This document shows positions 15,613 through 25,738 of a stretch of 43,066 nucleotides of DNA, one piece after another. The position numbers and the translations under genes were made by a program. The stretch comes from Bacillota bacterium (GTDB lineage: Bacteria > Bacillota > Limnochordia > DTU080 > JAAYLA01). The notes beneath the pieces are model-generated. The model was not told where the DNA came from and searched no databases. It was given only the letters and a program-made list of their open reading frames with translations. The stretch spans positions 1-43,066 of the forward strand of contig JAAYLA010000376.1 of the NCBI GenBank assembly GCA_012522135.1, read 5' to 3'. How positions within the stretch are numbered: the stretch's first letter is position 1; every line of letters starts with the position of its first letter.

Positions 15613-16548
15613 TCAGGAACCTAATATGTCGCCCACGGCCACCCGATAGCCATTGACGAAGTCCGGCGCGGCAAGCCGCTTGCCGTTCTCAGGTTGCACT
15701 TCAAGTACCGCGAGCATTCCGTCTCCGGTCGCCACCTTGAACCCTTCGGCTTCGACGGCAACCACTTCTCCCGGCGCACCCGCGGCCGGTATTTCCGCAA
15801 CGGGGCGCGTGTGCCACAGTTTCAGCCTGCGGCCTTGATAATAGGTGTACGCTCCCGGCCGGGGGCGCAATGCTCGAACTTGCGCATCGATGGCGGCGGC
15901 AGACCGCGTCCAATCGATTTTTTCGTCTTCGGGTCCGATTTTCGGTGCGAAGGTTACCTCGGACTCCTCTTGCGGGTGACGCGGCGCCGCGCCCTGAGCG
16001 ATCAGGTCTACGGTTCGCACCAACAGCCGGGCGCCGATCTGCGCCAGCCGGTCGTGCAGCGTCCCGGCATCGTCGGAGGCGTTGATGGGCACACGCTCCT
16101 GCAAGATGACGTCACCCGCATCCATCTCCTCCGACATGTACATGGTGGAGACTCCCGTCTCCAATTCACCGTTCATGATGGCCCGCTGAATCGGAGCCGC
16201 GCCACGGTACTTCGGCAGCAAAGACGGATGGACATTGACGCAGCCGGCGGGCGGCTGCTCGAGCAGCCAACGAGGCAAGAAGGCCCCGTAGGCTACCACG
16301 CAGACGCAGTCCGGCGCGAGCGCCTCGACGAGGTCGCGGAAAGACGGCTCATTCAGCTTGTCGGGTTGATGGACCGCGAATCCCAACTCCTCCGCCGCCA
16401 GCTTGACCGGCGGGGCCTGGAGCCTGCGCCCCCTGCCGGCCGGCCGATTGGGCCGGGTTACCACACCTACGACGTCGTGACCGCTTTCGGCCAGAAGCTG
16501 CAAGTGGGGAACGGCAAACTCGGGCGTACCCATAAAGAGAATCCTCAT
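15613..16548 (-). CDS. fmt: Methionyl-tRNA formyltransferase
   Basis: MRILFMGTPEFA, NVHPSLLPKYRGAAPI, MDAGD; ATGA overlap with def. Confidence 0.97.
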   Translation of the reverse strand: MRILFMGTPEFAVPHLQLLAESGHDVVGVVTRPNRPAGRGRRLQAPPVKLAAEELGFAVHQPDKLNEPSFRDLVEALAPDCVCVVAYGAFLPRWLLEQPPAGCVNVHPSLLPKYRGAAPIQRAIMNGELETGVSTMYMSEEMDAGDVILQERVPINASDDAGTLHDRLAQIGARLLVRTVDLIAQGAAPRHPQEESEVTFAPKIGPEDEKIDWTRSAAAIDAQVRALRPRPGAYTYYQGRRLKLWHTRPVAEIPAAGAPGEVVAVEAEGFKVATGDGMLAVLEVQPENGKRLAAPDFVNGYRVAVGDILGS

Positions 16549-17018
16549 GTCGAGTCCGCCCCGTCCTCTTGTTTCGTGATACCAGTCGCTTTGTCGATGA
16601 AGAGAATCCCGTCCAAGTGATCGATTTCGTGCTGCAAAGCCCGGGCCAACCAGTCTTCGGCCTCGACCCGGCGGGGCCTGCCCTTCATATCGAGGCCGTC
16701 TACGACGACCTTTTGGGCTCGCTCTACATATCCCACCACGCCGGGAATGCTTAGGCACCCTTCCACGTCGACGACCGATCCCTCGGCCGCAACCAGCACG
16801 GGGTTGACGAGGTGAATCGGCCCGTCACCCACGTCGACCACGATGAGCCGTTCGGAGACGCCCACTTGCGGTGCTGCCAAGCCCACACCGTCCGCTGCAT
16901 ACATGGTTTCTTCCATATCCTGTAACAACTTGACGATGCGTTTGGTCACCTTGGGCACCGGTTGGGCCTTTTGTCTGAGTACCGGGTCGCCCTCTTTACG
17001 GATCGGCAAAATCGCCAA
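16545..17018 (-). CDS. def: Peptide deformylase
   Basis: GVGLAAPQ, EGCLS, QHEIDHLDG; TTG start after GGAGG. Confidence 0.97.
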   Translation of the reverse strand: MAILPIRKEGDPVLRQKAQPVPKVTKRIVKLLQDMEETMYAADGVGLAAPQVGVSERLIVVDVGDGPIHLVNPVLVAAEGSVVDVEGCLSIPGVVGYVERAQKVVVDGLDMKGRPRRVEAEDWLARALQHEIDHLDGILFIDKATGITKQEDGADST

Positions 17019-17152
17019 AAAGAGATCCCTCCATGCGGAGGACCGTGCTATCGCACGTCCCCTACCTAAAATATACCACACAGGTCAACCTGCGTTTGTG
17101 AAGCATTTGTGAACCTGCGGTGTGCCGCGTCGAAAGTGCTGCCTCGTCCTGA

Positions 17153-19396
17153 TTACAGCAAACTGAGCGGGTCGACGTCAACTGCCACGTTCACGGCAGC
17201 CGAGGCCTCGGGCACGCGGGCCACGATCTCGTGGGCGAGGGCGTGCACGCCGTTCTCGCCTTTGACGAGAACGTGCCAGCGCGTCTTGCCGTGCAAGCGG
17301 CTAAGCGGTGCAGGAGACGGGCCGATCACCTTTACGCCCGTCTGCGGCTTTACCTGCGCTGCTTCCATAGCCGTCTTGGCCACTTGCTGCTCGTCCTCTC
17401 CGGTGAACAAGATCCGGACCAGTCGCGCAAAGGGCGGGTAGCCCGTCCGCTTCCTGAACGTCAGCTCGTGGCGAACGAACTGGGCATAATCGTGACGGCT
17501 GGCCGTTTGAATCGCGTAATGGTCCGGGGAATAGGTTTGCAGGATAACCTCCCCTGCCTGTTCTCCCCGCCCCGCCCGTCCCGCGACCTGGGTGAGGAGC
17601 TGAAAAGTGCGTTCGGCCGCTCGAAAATCGGGAAAATGCAGGGCGGTGTCGGCACTGACCACACCGACCAGCGTGACACCGGGAAAGTCGAGGCCCTTCG
17701 CTACCATCTGGGTGCCGACCAAGACGTCAACCCGGCGCTCCTGAAAAGCCCGCAGTAGCTCTCTATGGGCGCCTTTGCGAGTCATTGTGTCCCGGTCCAT
17801 GCGGGCAACGCGTGCAGCCGGAAAGAGCTCCCGCAGCGCCTGTTCCACACGTTGGGTACCGACACCGAAGGGACGCAGGTACTTGCCGCTGCACTGCGGG
17901 CAAGCCCCCGGCACGCGGGCGGAGTATCCGCAATAATGGCAGCGCAGTCCCGGCGGCGCCTGATGGTAGGTCAGCGAAACTCCGCAAGCCTCACAGCGCG
18001 GCACGTGGCCGCATTCCCGGCAGAGCAAGAACGAGGCGAAACCACGTCGGTTGATCAGAATAATGGCCTGTTCCCTGCGGCTCAGCGTCTCAGCCAAAGA
18101 ACCTTGAAGGGCTCTGCTGAACATCGAGGTATTGCCGATGAGCAGTTCTTCCCGCATGTCGACCACGTCAGCTGTGGGCAGAGGCCGGCCGTGCACCCTC
18201 TCCGGCAATGAAGCGTAGGCTACCTGGCGGTTGTATGTCCGGTAGAAGGTCTCGAGAGAAGGCGTCGCACTGCCCAGCACTACAAGGCCGCCCAGCTCCG
18301 TCATGCGAGCTTCCGCCACCTCGCGAGCGTGGTAGCGCGGCGTCTCGTCTTGCTTATAGGAGCCTTCATGCTCTTCGTCGATGATGATGACGCCGAGGCG
18401 GGGCACAGGCGCAAATACCGCCGAACGTGCGCCGACGACAATCGGCGCGTCGCCTCGCTTTATGCGGAGCCACTCGTCATAGCGCTCGCCGTCGCTCAAG
18501 CGGCTGTGCAGCACCGCCACCCGGTCGCCGAAACGGGCCTGGAACCGTCCTAAAGTTTGCGGTGTGAGCGAGATGTCGGGGACGAGGACGATAGCGCCTC
18601 GCCCTTGCTCAAGGCAAGCCGCGATGATGCGCAGGTACACCTCGGTCTTGCCGCTGCCCGTCACGCCGTGCAACAACAGGGTCTGCAAGCCGGCGGGTCC
18701 ACCGGCCAGGATCTCCCGGGCCTGAGCGACCGCCCTTTCTTGATGTGGCGTGAGGGCAGGAACCGCGGCGCCGGCCTCCAAGCCGCCGGCCGGCGCCCTG
18801 CGCACCGCCACCTGACCCTCATGAACGACGCCGCGCCGCACAAGGGCCTGCAACGGTTCGTAGCTTCCTCCGTTCACCAGGTCCTTCGCCGGCACCGGCT
18901 TGGACGGAGCCGCGGCCAGGCGTTTGAGCACCTCGGCTTGGCGCGGCGCCCGGCCCGCTAACTCGTCCGCCAGGCGCAAGGCTTCAGGCACCGAAACGGC
19001 CAACCGGTAGGCCTTGACGGACCGCTCGCGTACGGGCCGGGCTCTGCGGGACGATGCGCCGGGCGGCAGGAAACATTGCAACGCCTGCACGAACAGGCAC
19101 ATGTAATGTTCACTCATCCACTTGGCAACGGCTAGGTCGGCGTGCGAGAATACAGGCTCATCGTCCAGGAGGCGTTGAATCGGACGCAAACCGGAAATAG
19201 GCGGTCGCTCGTCCGTCAGCCCGACTACGTACCCCACCACGCTGCGGCGGGAGCCGAAGGGCACCAGAACCCGGTGGCCCACCGCGATGCGTGAACGCAG
19301 CTGTTCGGGTACGGAGTAATCGAAGGCGCGATCTACCCGGCTGACCCGTACGTCGACGACGACGGACGCCCAAAGTTCTTTGGATTCAGCACACAT
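17153..19396 (-). CDS. priA: Primosomal protein N' (PriA helicase)
   Basis: GVTGSGKT, DEEH, SAT, four CxxC motifs, QVAGRAGR. Confidence 0.97.
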   Translation of the reverse strand: MCAESKELWASVVVDVRVSRVDRAFDYSVPEQLRSRIAVGHRVLVPFGSRRSVVGYVVGLTDERPPISGLRPIQRLLDDEPVFSHADLAVAKWMSEHYMCLFVQALQCFLPPGASSRRARPVRERSVKAYRLAVSVPEALRLADELAGRAPRQAEVLKRLAAAPSKPVPAKDLVNGGSYEPLQALVRRGVVHEGQVAVRRAPAGGLEAGAAVPALTPHQERAVAQAREILAGGPAGLQTLLLHGVTGSGKTEVYLRIIAACLEQGRGAIVLVPDISLTPQTLGRFQARFGDRVAVLHSRLSDGERYDEWLRIKRGDAPIVVGARSAVFAPVPRLGVIIIDEEHEGSYKQDETPRYHAREVAEARMTELGGLVVLGSATPSLETFYRTYNRQVAYASLPERVHGRPLPTADVVDMREELLIGNTSMFSRALQGSLAETLSRREQAIILINRRGFASFLLCRECGHVPRCEACGVSLTYHQAPPGLRCHYCGYSARVPGACPQCSGKYLRPFGVGTQRVEQALRELFPAARVARMDRDTMTRKGAHRELLRAFQERRVDVLVGTQMVAKGLDFPGVTLVGVVSADTALHFPDFRAAERTFQLLTQVAGRAGRGEQAGEVILQTYSPDHYAIQTASRHDYAQFVRHELTFRKRTGYPPFARLVRILFTGEDEQQVAKTAMEAAQVKPQTGVKVIGPSPAPLSRLHGKTRWHVLVKGENGVHALAHEIVARVPEASAAVNVAVDVDPLSLL

Positions 19397-19436
19397 CTGA
19401 AAGGATGAGCTCCTTCGACGATTTGTTCGGGAACGA

Positions 19437-19466
19437 CAAAGAGGGCGGCTGCAAGGCCGCCCGCTC
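19437..19466 (-). terminator. Hairpin after rpoZ, possible weak terminator
   Basis: GAGCGGGCGGC...GCCGCCCTC followed by TTTG on the minus strand. Confidence 0.4.
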
Positions 19467-19494
19467 CCCCGATGCAGGGTCGGAAGTCGCTGGG

Positions 19495-19704
19495 TTACTT
19501 AATGCCGGAGCGGGTGCGTTCGTAGTGGATCTTTCCTTGCGCGAGCTCGTGCATAGCGACTGTGACGGGCTTGGCCGAGTCCACTTCGACCTGGGCCTTG
19601 GCCCCGTCGAGCAGCTGCCGGGCGCGCTTTGCGACGGCGACAACCAGCGTGTAGCGGCTGTCCACCTGTTCTCGCAACTCCTCCAGCGACGGTTGGTTCA
19701 TCAT
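19495..19704 (-). CDS. rpoZ: RNA polymerase omega subunit
   Basis: MMNQPSLEEL...DSRYTLVVAVAKRARQL...KPVTVAMHEL. Confidence 0.96.
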   Translation of the reverse strand: MMNQPSLEELREQVDSRYTLVVAVAKRARQLLDGAKAQVEVDSAKPVTVAMHELAQGKIHYERTRSGIK

Positions 19705-19724
19705 GCTGCGAAACACCTCTTCTT

Positions 19725-20333
19725 TTAAAACAGATCGTACCCCACGGAGTCGGGATCGATGCGCGAGACACGACGCCGCTCGGCGCAGATAATGGCCGCC
19801 AGCTCGCTGGCAGCCGTCTCGAGCGAGTCGTTCAGGATCCAGTAGTCGTAATCGACGATGGCCCGCAGTTCGTGAGCCGCGGTCTCGAGGCGCTTCGCAA
19901 TGGCTTCGCTGCCCTCCGTCCCCCGTTCCGTGAGACGACGCTGCAGTTCTTCCATCGACGGAGGCAACAAGAACACGAAGACGCCGTCCGGATACGTACG
20001 TCGGATCTGCCTTGCCCCTTGGATGTCCAGATCGGTGATGACGCTCTCGCCCCGTGCGAGGCACTCCTCGACGAAACGGCGCGGCGTGCCGTAGCGGTGA
20101 CCACAAAACTCGGCCCACTCGAGGAGTTCGTTCTGCTCGATCATCCGGTCGAACGTCGCATCATCGACAAAAAAGTAGTCGACCCCCTCGGTTTCGCCCT
20201 TTCGTGGGGGACGCGTGGTGACCGAGACCGAGTAGCGAAGGTCGGGGATACGCGGTAAGACGGCGTTGAGCACCGTGTTCTTTCCAGCCCCGGACGGACC
20301 GCTCAGCACCACAAGGATCCCGCGGCTCTTCAC
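19725..20333 (-). CDS. gmk: Guanylate kinase
   Basis: SGPSGAGK, TTRPPR, GVDYFF, YGT; GTG start after GGAGG. Confidence 0.97.
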   Translation of the reverse strand: MKSRGILVVLSGPSGAGKNTVLNAVLPRIPDLRYSVSVTTRPPRKGETEGVDYFFVDDATFDRMIEQNELLEWAEFCGHRYGTPRRFVEECLARGESVITDLDIQGARQIRRTYPDGVFVFLLPPSMEELQRRLTERGTEGSEAIAKRLETAAHELRAIVDYDYWILNDSLETAASELAAIICAERRRVSRIDPDSVGYDLF

Positions 20334-20368
20334 GACACTCCTCCATTCACGATTGTAGACCAGCGCGC

Positions 20369-20638
20369 TCAATTGTTCAACTCCGTGGCAGTGCCGTCGC
20401 GATGCGCCAACCTGTGGATGACAGTCTCCGGTTGAACCGCAGAGAGGATGACGTGGTCGGAGTCGGCTATGATGACGGCCCGGGTTCGGCGTCCGTAAGT
20501 GGCATCGATAAGTCGACCCCGATCACGCGCCTCTTGAATGGTGCGCTTGACCGGCGCCGACTCTGGACTGACGATCGCAACGATCCGGTTGGCGGCGACC
20601 ACGTTGCCAAACCCGATGTTGACAAAGCGTATTTCCAT
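20369..20638 (-). CDS. remA: RemA/YlzA (DUF370) extracellular matrix regulator
   Basis: [37 protein letters not shown]. Confidence 0.95.
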   Translation of the reverse strand: MEIRFVNIGFGNVVAANRIVAIVSPESAPVKRTIQEARDRGRLIDATYGRRTRAVIIADSDHVILSAVQPETVIHRLAHRDGTATELNN

Positions 20639-20672
20639 CGCGAACCGCAGGCTACCCCTTTCCGGGTCGCGG

Positions 20673-20981
20673 CTAACCCAGTCGCCTGAGCAGCTCTTCT
20701 ATTTGGCGCTTGCCCAATCCTTGCACGCGCCGGTTTTGATGTATGCCGATCTCGTTCATGATGCGCTCGGACGTGACCTTTCCGACCTGCGGCAAAGACT
20801 GGAGCAGGTACGAGACACGCATTCTGGCGATCACTTCGTCCGACGAGTTCTCCAGTACCGCACGCAGGGTGAGCTCGCCCGACTTTAACTTCTCCCGCAA
20901 CTTCGCCCGCTGGCTCCTCATCTCCTGCGCCTTTGCCAATGCCTTTTTCTTCTCGTCTAAGGTCAACTTCGGCAACGCCAT
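20673..20981 (-). CDS. mihF: Integration host factor, actinobacterial type (mIHF/sIHF, H2TH fold)
   Basis: MALPKLT...ALAKA...R..RA...LKSG...[16 protein letters not shown]...[14 protein letters not shown]; AAGGAGGT RBS. Confidence 0.88.
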   Translation of the reverse strand: MALPKLTLDEKKKALAKAQEMRSQRAKLREKLKSGELTLRAVLENSSDEVIARMRVSYLLQSLPQVGKVTSERIMNEIGIHQNRRVQGLGKRQIEELLRRLG

Positions 20982-21015
20982 GAACAAACGCACCTCCTTA
21001 GAAAGTTCCCCATTC

Positions 21016-21894
21016 TCATTCGATGTTCTGCACTTGCTCGCGCATCTTTTCCAGTTCCGCTTTCGCGTCGACGACGCAGCCTGCGATCTCGCCGTCCGAC
21101 GCCTTCGCTCCGATTGTATTGATTTCACGGTGCATCTCTTGCAGAAGAAAATCGAGTTTGCGGCCAACCGGACCGTCCGCCGCACAGGTTTTCTCGAACG
21201 CCGCTATGTGACTGCGAAGCCGAACGATCTCTTCGTCGATGTTGCTCTTTTCGGCCATGAGAGCGACCTCGGCGCAAAGTCGGCTCTCATCGACCGTCAC
21301 GTCCCGATGCCATTCGGCCAGCCGTTGCACGAGGCGTTCTCTGTACTCTTCGACGACGGCCGGCGCCCGCTCCGCAATTTTCTCGACGCACCGCGCAAAA
21401 ACCGACAGCCGCGCCAGGATGTCCTGCTGCAAGCGCGCACCTTCCGCCCGGCGCATTGCCACTACCGCAGTCAGTGCTTGTCCGAGTGCCTCATCTACCC
21501 ACGGCCATACGCTCTCGGGATCGACGGGCGACTCGCGGACCTGAAACAGCTCGGGTACGGCGAGCAGCGCGGCAACCGTGAGTTCGCCCTCTACCGGGAC
21601 GTGCTGTCGTGCTTCGTTCAATGCGGCATGGTACGAGCGCAGCAAGTGCGAATCTAGGGTGACCGTTCTCCCTCTTAGCGTGAAATCCTCTATTAGAACC
21701 GAAATTTCCACCCGTCCTCGTTGAATCTCTTTTGCCACTTGCGTGCGCACCTTGTCTTCCAGAACCACGTACCCTCTGGGCAGACGAATATACGGCTCGA
21801 AGTAGCGGTGATTTACGCTGCGCATTTCGACGACTACACTGATCTGCTCGGAGTGGACACGGCCCGCACCGAAGCCGGTCATGCTCACCAACAT
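21016..21894 (-). CDS. yicC: YicC/YloC family endoribonuclease
   Basis: SMTGFG, RSVNHRY, RGRVE, EEIVRL, GRKLDFLLQEMHREINTIGAK, REQVQNIE. Confidence 0.96.
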   Translation of the reverse strand: MLVSMTGFGAGRVHSEQISVVVEMRSVNHRYFEPYIRLPRGYVVLEDKVRTQVAKEIQRGRVEISVLIEDFTLRGRTVTLDSHLLRSYHAALNEARQHVPVEGELTVAALLAVPELFQVRESPVDPESVWPWVDEALGQALTAVVAMRRAEGARLQQDILARLSVFARCVEKIAERAPAVVEEYRERLVQRLAEWHRDVTVDESRLCAEVALMAEKSNIDEEIVRLRSHIAAFEKTCAADGPVGRKLDFLLQEMHREINTIGAKASDGEIAGCVVDAKAELEKMREQVQNIE

Positions 21895-21917
21895 ATCCGC
21901 GCAACCTCCCCGATTCG

Positions 21918-21950
21918 AAAAAAGAAGACACCGCAAAGACGTGCGGTGCC
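21918..21950 (-). terminator. Intrinsic terminator immediately upstream of the yicC RBS
   Basis: GGCACCGCA-cgtctt-TGCGGTGTC followed by TTCTTTTTT. Confidence 0.7.
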
Positions 21951-21987
21951 CCCCTGCCGCCGGACGAGGCCCGGACGGTCCATACCC

Positions 21988-22016
21988 AGTTTACACCTGT
22001 CGGCACTCCCTGTAAA
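21988..22016 (-). promoter_or_regulatory. Sigma-A-like promoter upstream of the yicC leader
   Basis: TTTACA-N17-TAAACT. Confidence 0.45.
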
Positions 22017-22032
22017 TCGCAGCTTCTCCGCC

Positions 22033-24771
22033 TTACGCCACGCGCACCCACGCCAATCTGCGCCACAACCTGGTGCGGACCGTGCGGGCAACCCATTCGA
22101 CGGCATATCCCCAAACACAAGCGACGGCGACGAGAAGCCAGTCGGCTGCGTCGAGGGGAACGGTGCGAAAGACCGCGGCAAGGGGGCTCCAGTACACAAC
22201 CGCGAGCTGCATGGCAAAGGATACGAGCACGGCACCGACGAGATAGCGGTTCGCCAAGGGGCCGGCTTCCCACACCGTAAGCTCCTCCGAGCGGCAAACG
22301 AAGGCGTACAGGAGTTGGGAGACAACCAACGTAGTAAAGGCTAAAGTCCGCGCCCATTCCTCCATGCCGGGGCGGAGCCGCAATGCGAGGGCGAACACGA
22401 GCACCGTCGAACCGCCGATCACCGTGCCGCTCACCACGATCCGCTTCCACAAATTCCGGGCAAAGATCCCCTCTCCGACCGGCCGAGGCCCCCTTTGCAT
22501 GATGTATTCGTCGCCCGGGTCCACGCCTAATGCAATAGCCGGCAACCCGTCGGTCACGAGGTTCATCCAAAGAATTTGCAGGGGAAGCAAGGGCAAGGGC
22601 AGACCGGCGAGGAGGGCAGCTAACATAGAGAGCACCTCTCCCGCGTTGCACCCGAGGAGATAGCGGATAAACTTGCGGATATTCTCGTAGATGCCACGTC
22701 CTTCCTCAACGGCAGCCACGATTGTCGCGTAGTTATCGTCGGCCAGCACCATGTCCGATGCTTCCTTGGTAACGTCAGCGCCGGTGCGCCCCATGCTGAT
22801 ACCGATGTCGGCTTCCTTCACCGCAGGCGCGTCGTTCACACCGTCGCCGGTCATCGCCACGAGCTCTCCGGCCTCTTTGAGGGTCCGTACTATGCGCAGT
22901 TTTTGCACGGGCGAGACCCGGGCAAAGCAGCTCACCCTGCCAAGCACCTCGCGCAAGGAAGAATCGTCCATCCCGTCGATCTCGGCTCCGGTGACCACGT
23001 CATCGCCGCCGCCGGCCAAACCGACGAGGCGACCGATGGCCCGGGCCGTCTCGGGATGGTCACCGGTCAACATGATGGTGCGAATCCCGGCCCGGCGAGC
23101 TTTGGCGATCGCGCGAGCCGCTTCCTCACGGGGCGGGTCGAACAGTCCGGTCAGTGCTACGAAGACGAGACGCTGCTCCCACGCTTCGCTATCGTTGCCG
23201 TCGGCCGGAAGGGGCCGGTAGGCCAACGCGATGACTCGGAGGGCACTTCGGGCGTATCCGCTGACTTGCTGCTCTATGCGGAGCCGGTGAGCTTGCGTCA
23301 GCGGCTCCGTCCGCCCGCCGATCCGAATGAGGGTGCAACGCTGTAGGATCGCAGCGGGTGCCCCCTTGACGTAGGAGTGGAGAACGCCGTTATTTTCCGC
23401 CACGACGCTCATCCGCCGGCGCATCGGATCGAAGGGACGCTCCGCTACGACGGCAAGGCGGCGACGCAGCTCCCGCGGGTCGATGCCGCCCTTGACGCCC
23501 AAAACGAGCAGCGAGCCGTCCGTCGGATCTCCCAGGACGGTCCATGCGGCCGAGCGGCTTCTACCCTTATCGCGCCGGCTGTCTTCCTTGAGCGTCGCGG
23601 CATTGCAGATCATCCCGATCTCGAGCGCCAGCTCCAGGTCCGGGTCACGCCTCGGATCGACGGACCGCCCTCGAGCGATAAACTGCCCCTCGGGAACGTA
23701 GCCTCTGCCCGTCACCTCCACCTCGCCCGTGAACGTCCAGAGCTTCGTGACGGGCATCTCGTTGCGTGTCAAAGTGCCGGTCTTATCGGTGCAGATGACG
23801 GTCACGCAGCCGAGGGTCTCGACGGCGGGCAGCCTGCGTACGATGGCTTGCCGGCGGATCATGCGCTGCACGCCGATGGCCAGTGCCGCGGTGACGACGG
23901 CAGGCAGTCCCTCGGGAATGGCGGCAACGGCCAGACTGACACCGGTGAGGAACATGCTGTACAGAGGCAGACCGCGCCAGATGCCGGCGATGCAAACCAG
24001 GGCGACCAAGAGAAAACACGCGGCCACAAGGCGCCGGCCGAGATGGGCCAGGCGCTTTTGCAAGGGGGACGTCGCGGCCTCGCCTTGCTGGATCAACTGG
24101 GCGATTTCACCCATTTGCGTTCGCTTGCCCGTGCTGGTCACAAGCAGGCGGCCTCGCCCCCGGGTGACCGCCGTACCCATGTATAGCATGTTTTTCCTGT
24201 CGCCGATCGGCTCGTCTTTGCGGCCAACGTAAAACGCGTCTTTTGTCACGGGTGCCGACTCGCCGGTCAGTATGCTCTCGTCCGCCTCGAGGGCCATGGA
24301 CCAGACTAAACGCCCGTCGGCCGCGACGCGGTCGCCCTCGCGTACGAGGACCAAGTCGCCGGGGACGAGGTCGGCGGCGGGGATCTCGAGCATCTCGCCG
24401 TCACGCACGACCATCGCCGTGGGCGCGGTCAAACGGCTAAGCGCTTGCAGCGATTTTTCCGCCCTGTACTCCTGCACGAAGCCGAATACCGCGTTCAGGA
24501 GCAAGATGGCGAAGATCGCCAGGCTGTCCGCGGTTTCGCCGAGAAAGAACGAGACGACGCCTGCACCGAGCAGGACCAGGACCATGAAGTCGGAAAACTG
24601 GGCGAAGAAAAGGGAGAGCGGGTGCCTGCGCTCGCCTTCCGGAAGGCGGTTCGGACCGTAGCGCGCCAGGCGGCGCTCGGCCTCCTCCGACGGCAAGCCG
24701 CGCACCGCGTGCGCGCCGAGCTTGCGCAGGACGGCGTCCACGGTCTCCGCGTGCCACTGTGATGGCTGCAT
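22033..24771 (-). CDS. yloB: P-type (IIA) cation-transporting ATPase, Ca2+-type YloB-like
   Basis: TGES, AAIPEGLP, DKTGT, KGAP, TGDGVND, QILWMNLVTDG; syntenic with yicC(yloC) and rqcH(yloA). Confidence 0.93.
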   Translation of the reverse strand: MQPSQWHAETVDAVLRKLGAHAVRGLPSEEAERRLARYGPNRLPEGERRHPLSLFFAQFSDFMVLVLLGAGVVSFFLGETADSLAIFAILLLNAVFGFVQEYRAEKSLQALSRLTAPTAMVVRDGEMLEIPAADLVPGDLVLVREGDRVAADGRLVWSMALEADESILTGESAPVTKDAFYVGRKDEPIGDRKNMLYMGTAVTRGRGRLLVTSTGKRTQMGEIAQLIQQGEAATSPLQKRLAHLGRRLVAACFLLVALVCIAGIWRGLPLYSMFLTGVSLAVAAIPEGLPAVVTAALAIGVQRMIRRQAIVRRLPAVETLGCVTVICTDKTGTLTRNEMPVTKLWTFTGEVEVTGRGYVPEGQFIARGRSVDPRRDPDLELALEIGMICNAATLKEDSRRDKGRSRSAAWTVLGDPTDGSLLVLGVKGGIDPRELRRRLAVVAERPFDPMRRRMSVVAENNGVLHSYVKGAPAAILQRCTLIRIGGRTEPLTQAHRLRIEQQVSGYARSALRVIALAYRPLPADGNDSEAWEQRLVFVALTGLFDPPREEAARAIAKARRAGIRTIMLTGDHPETARAIGRLVGLAGGGDDVVTGAEIDGMDDSSLREVLGRVSCFARVSPVQKLRIVRTLKEAGELVAMTGDGVNDAPAVKEADIGISMGRTGADVTKEASDMVLADDNYATIVAAVEEGRGIYENIRKFIRYLLGCNAGEVLSMLAALLAGLPLPLLPLQILWMNLVTDGLPAIALGVDPGDEYIMQRGPRPVGEGIFARNLWKRIVVSGTVIGGSTVLVFALALRLRPGMEEWARTLAFTTLVVSQLLYAFVCRSEELTVWEAGPLANRYLVGAVLVSFAMQLAVVYWSPLAAVFRTVPLDAADWLLVAVACVWGYAVEWVARTVRTRLWRRLAWVRVA

Positions 24772-24845
24772 AGGCCGCGATCACCTCATGCCTGTAGGGA
24801 AGTCACTGCCCTATAGGTATGAAGGCGCGCGGCTGGACATACCGC

Positions 24846-25664
24846 CTAAGGCCGGGGCGTGCAGCCGAGGCGTTCGATAGCGGCCGTCACGTCGGCATCG
24901 TTGCTACCGAGGCGCAGCGCGGTCCTCAGTTCGGAACAAGCTTCGTCCCGCCGGTCCAAAGCCTCGTACACGAAGCCGAGCTGTCCGTGGTAGGCCGCTC
25001 CGGTGCGGCGTTCTTCGTCTACTTCCTCCAGGACCGCTAAAGCCGAGTCGGGGGCACCGTGCCGGAGGAAAAATGCCGCCAGTTCCAGATATGCGCCGGG
25101 CTCGGGTGCGGTGATGCGGATGATGCGGCGCAGGTACATCTCGCTGTCGGTCAAACGCCCCGTCCGCTCCGTAAGCCGAGCCAACCCCGAAAGGGCGAGG
25201 ACGCTTTCCGGTTCCACCTCTAGGGCGCGCAAATAGGCCGCTTCAGCATCCTCGAGGTCTCCTGCGGCAAAATAGGCGTCGCCTATCATCGCGTCGACCG
25301 GAAAGCTGGGTGCAAGATCCCGTACGGTCTCATAATAGGCGATCGCTTCCTGGATCCTGCCGAGGGCCTGGAGCGACATGGCGGCCATGAGATGCGCCTC
25401 GGCGCTCGACGGGTCTCCGGCGGCGGCCCGTTCAAAGAGTTCAGCCGCTTCCGCTGTCCAACGGGCCTCGCCGCGAAACGCGCCGATAGCCAGATACGTG
25501 TAAGCCCGTTCCAACAGATCGTCCACGGGCAAGGCAGCGAAGTTGTTGCTGCCCCAGACGAGCAGCGCCGCCGCGACGAGAATCAAGAACATGCCAACGA
25601 ATCCGGCCGTACGAAAGCGCATCGCGCCGCCTCCCGCGTTCTGCTTCCTGGCTTCCTTCGTCAT
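24846..25664 (-). CDS. Tetratricopeptide-repeat protein with N-terminal membrane anchor or signal
   Basis: Hydrophobic N-terminal segment; repeated A..LG..Y...G...A...Y..AL...P units. Alternative start MRFR at 25622. Confidence 0.8.
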   Translation of the reverse strand: MTKEARKQNAGGGAMRFRTAGFVGMFLILVAAALLVWGSNNFAALPVDDLLERAYTYLAIGAFRGEARWTAEAAELFERAAAGDPSSAEAHLMAAMSLQALGRIQEAIAYYETVRDLAPSFPVDAMIGDAYFAAGDLEDAEAAYLRALEVEPESVLALSGLARLTERTGRLTDSEMYLRRIIRITAPEPGAYLELAAFFLRHGAPDSALAVLEEVDEERRTGAAYHGQLGFVYEALDRRDEACSELRTALRLGSNDADVTAAIERLGCTPRP

Positions 25665-25692
25665 AGGCCCGCCCTCTCCCTGCTCGACCGGG

Positions 25693-25721
25693 CTGCCATT
25701 GCCCGGCCCGTCTGATATACT
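25693..25721 (+). promoter_or_regulatory. Extended -10 promoter of rqcH
   Basis: CTGCCA-N17-TATACT with TG extension. Confidence 0.45.
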
Positions 25722-25738
25722 AGCAAACGGTGATGCCC

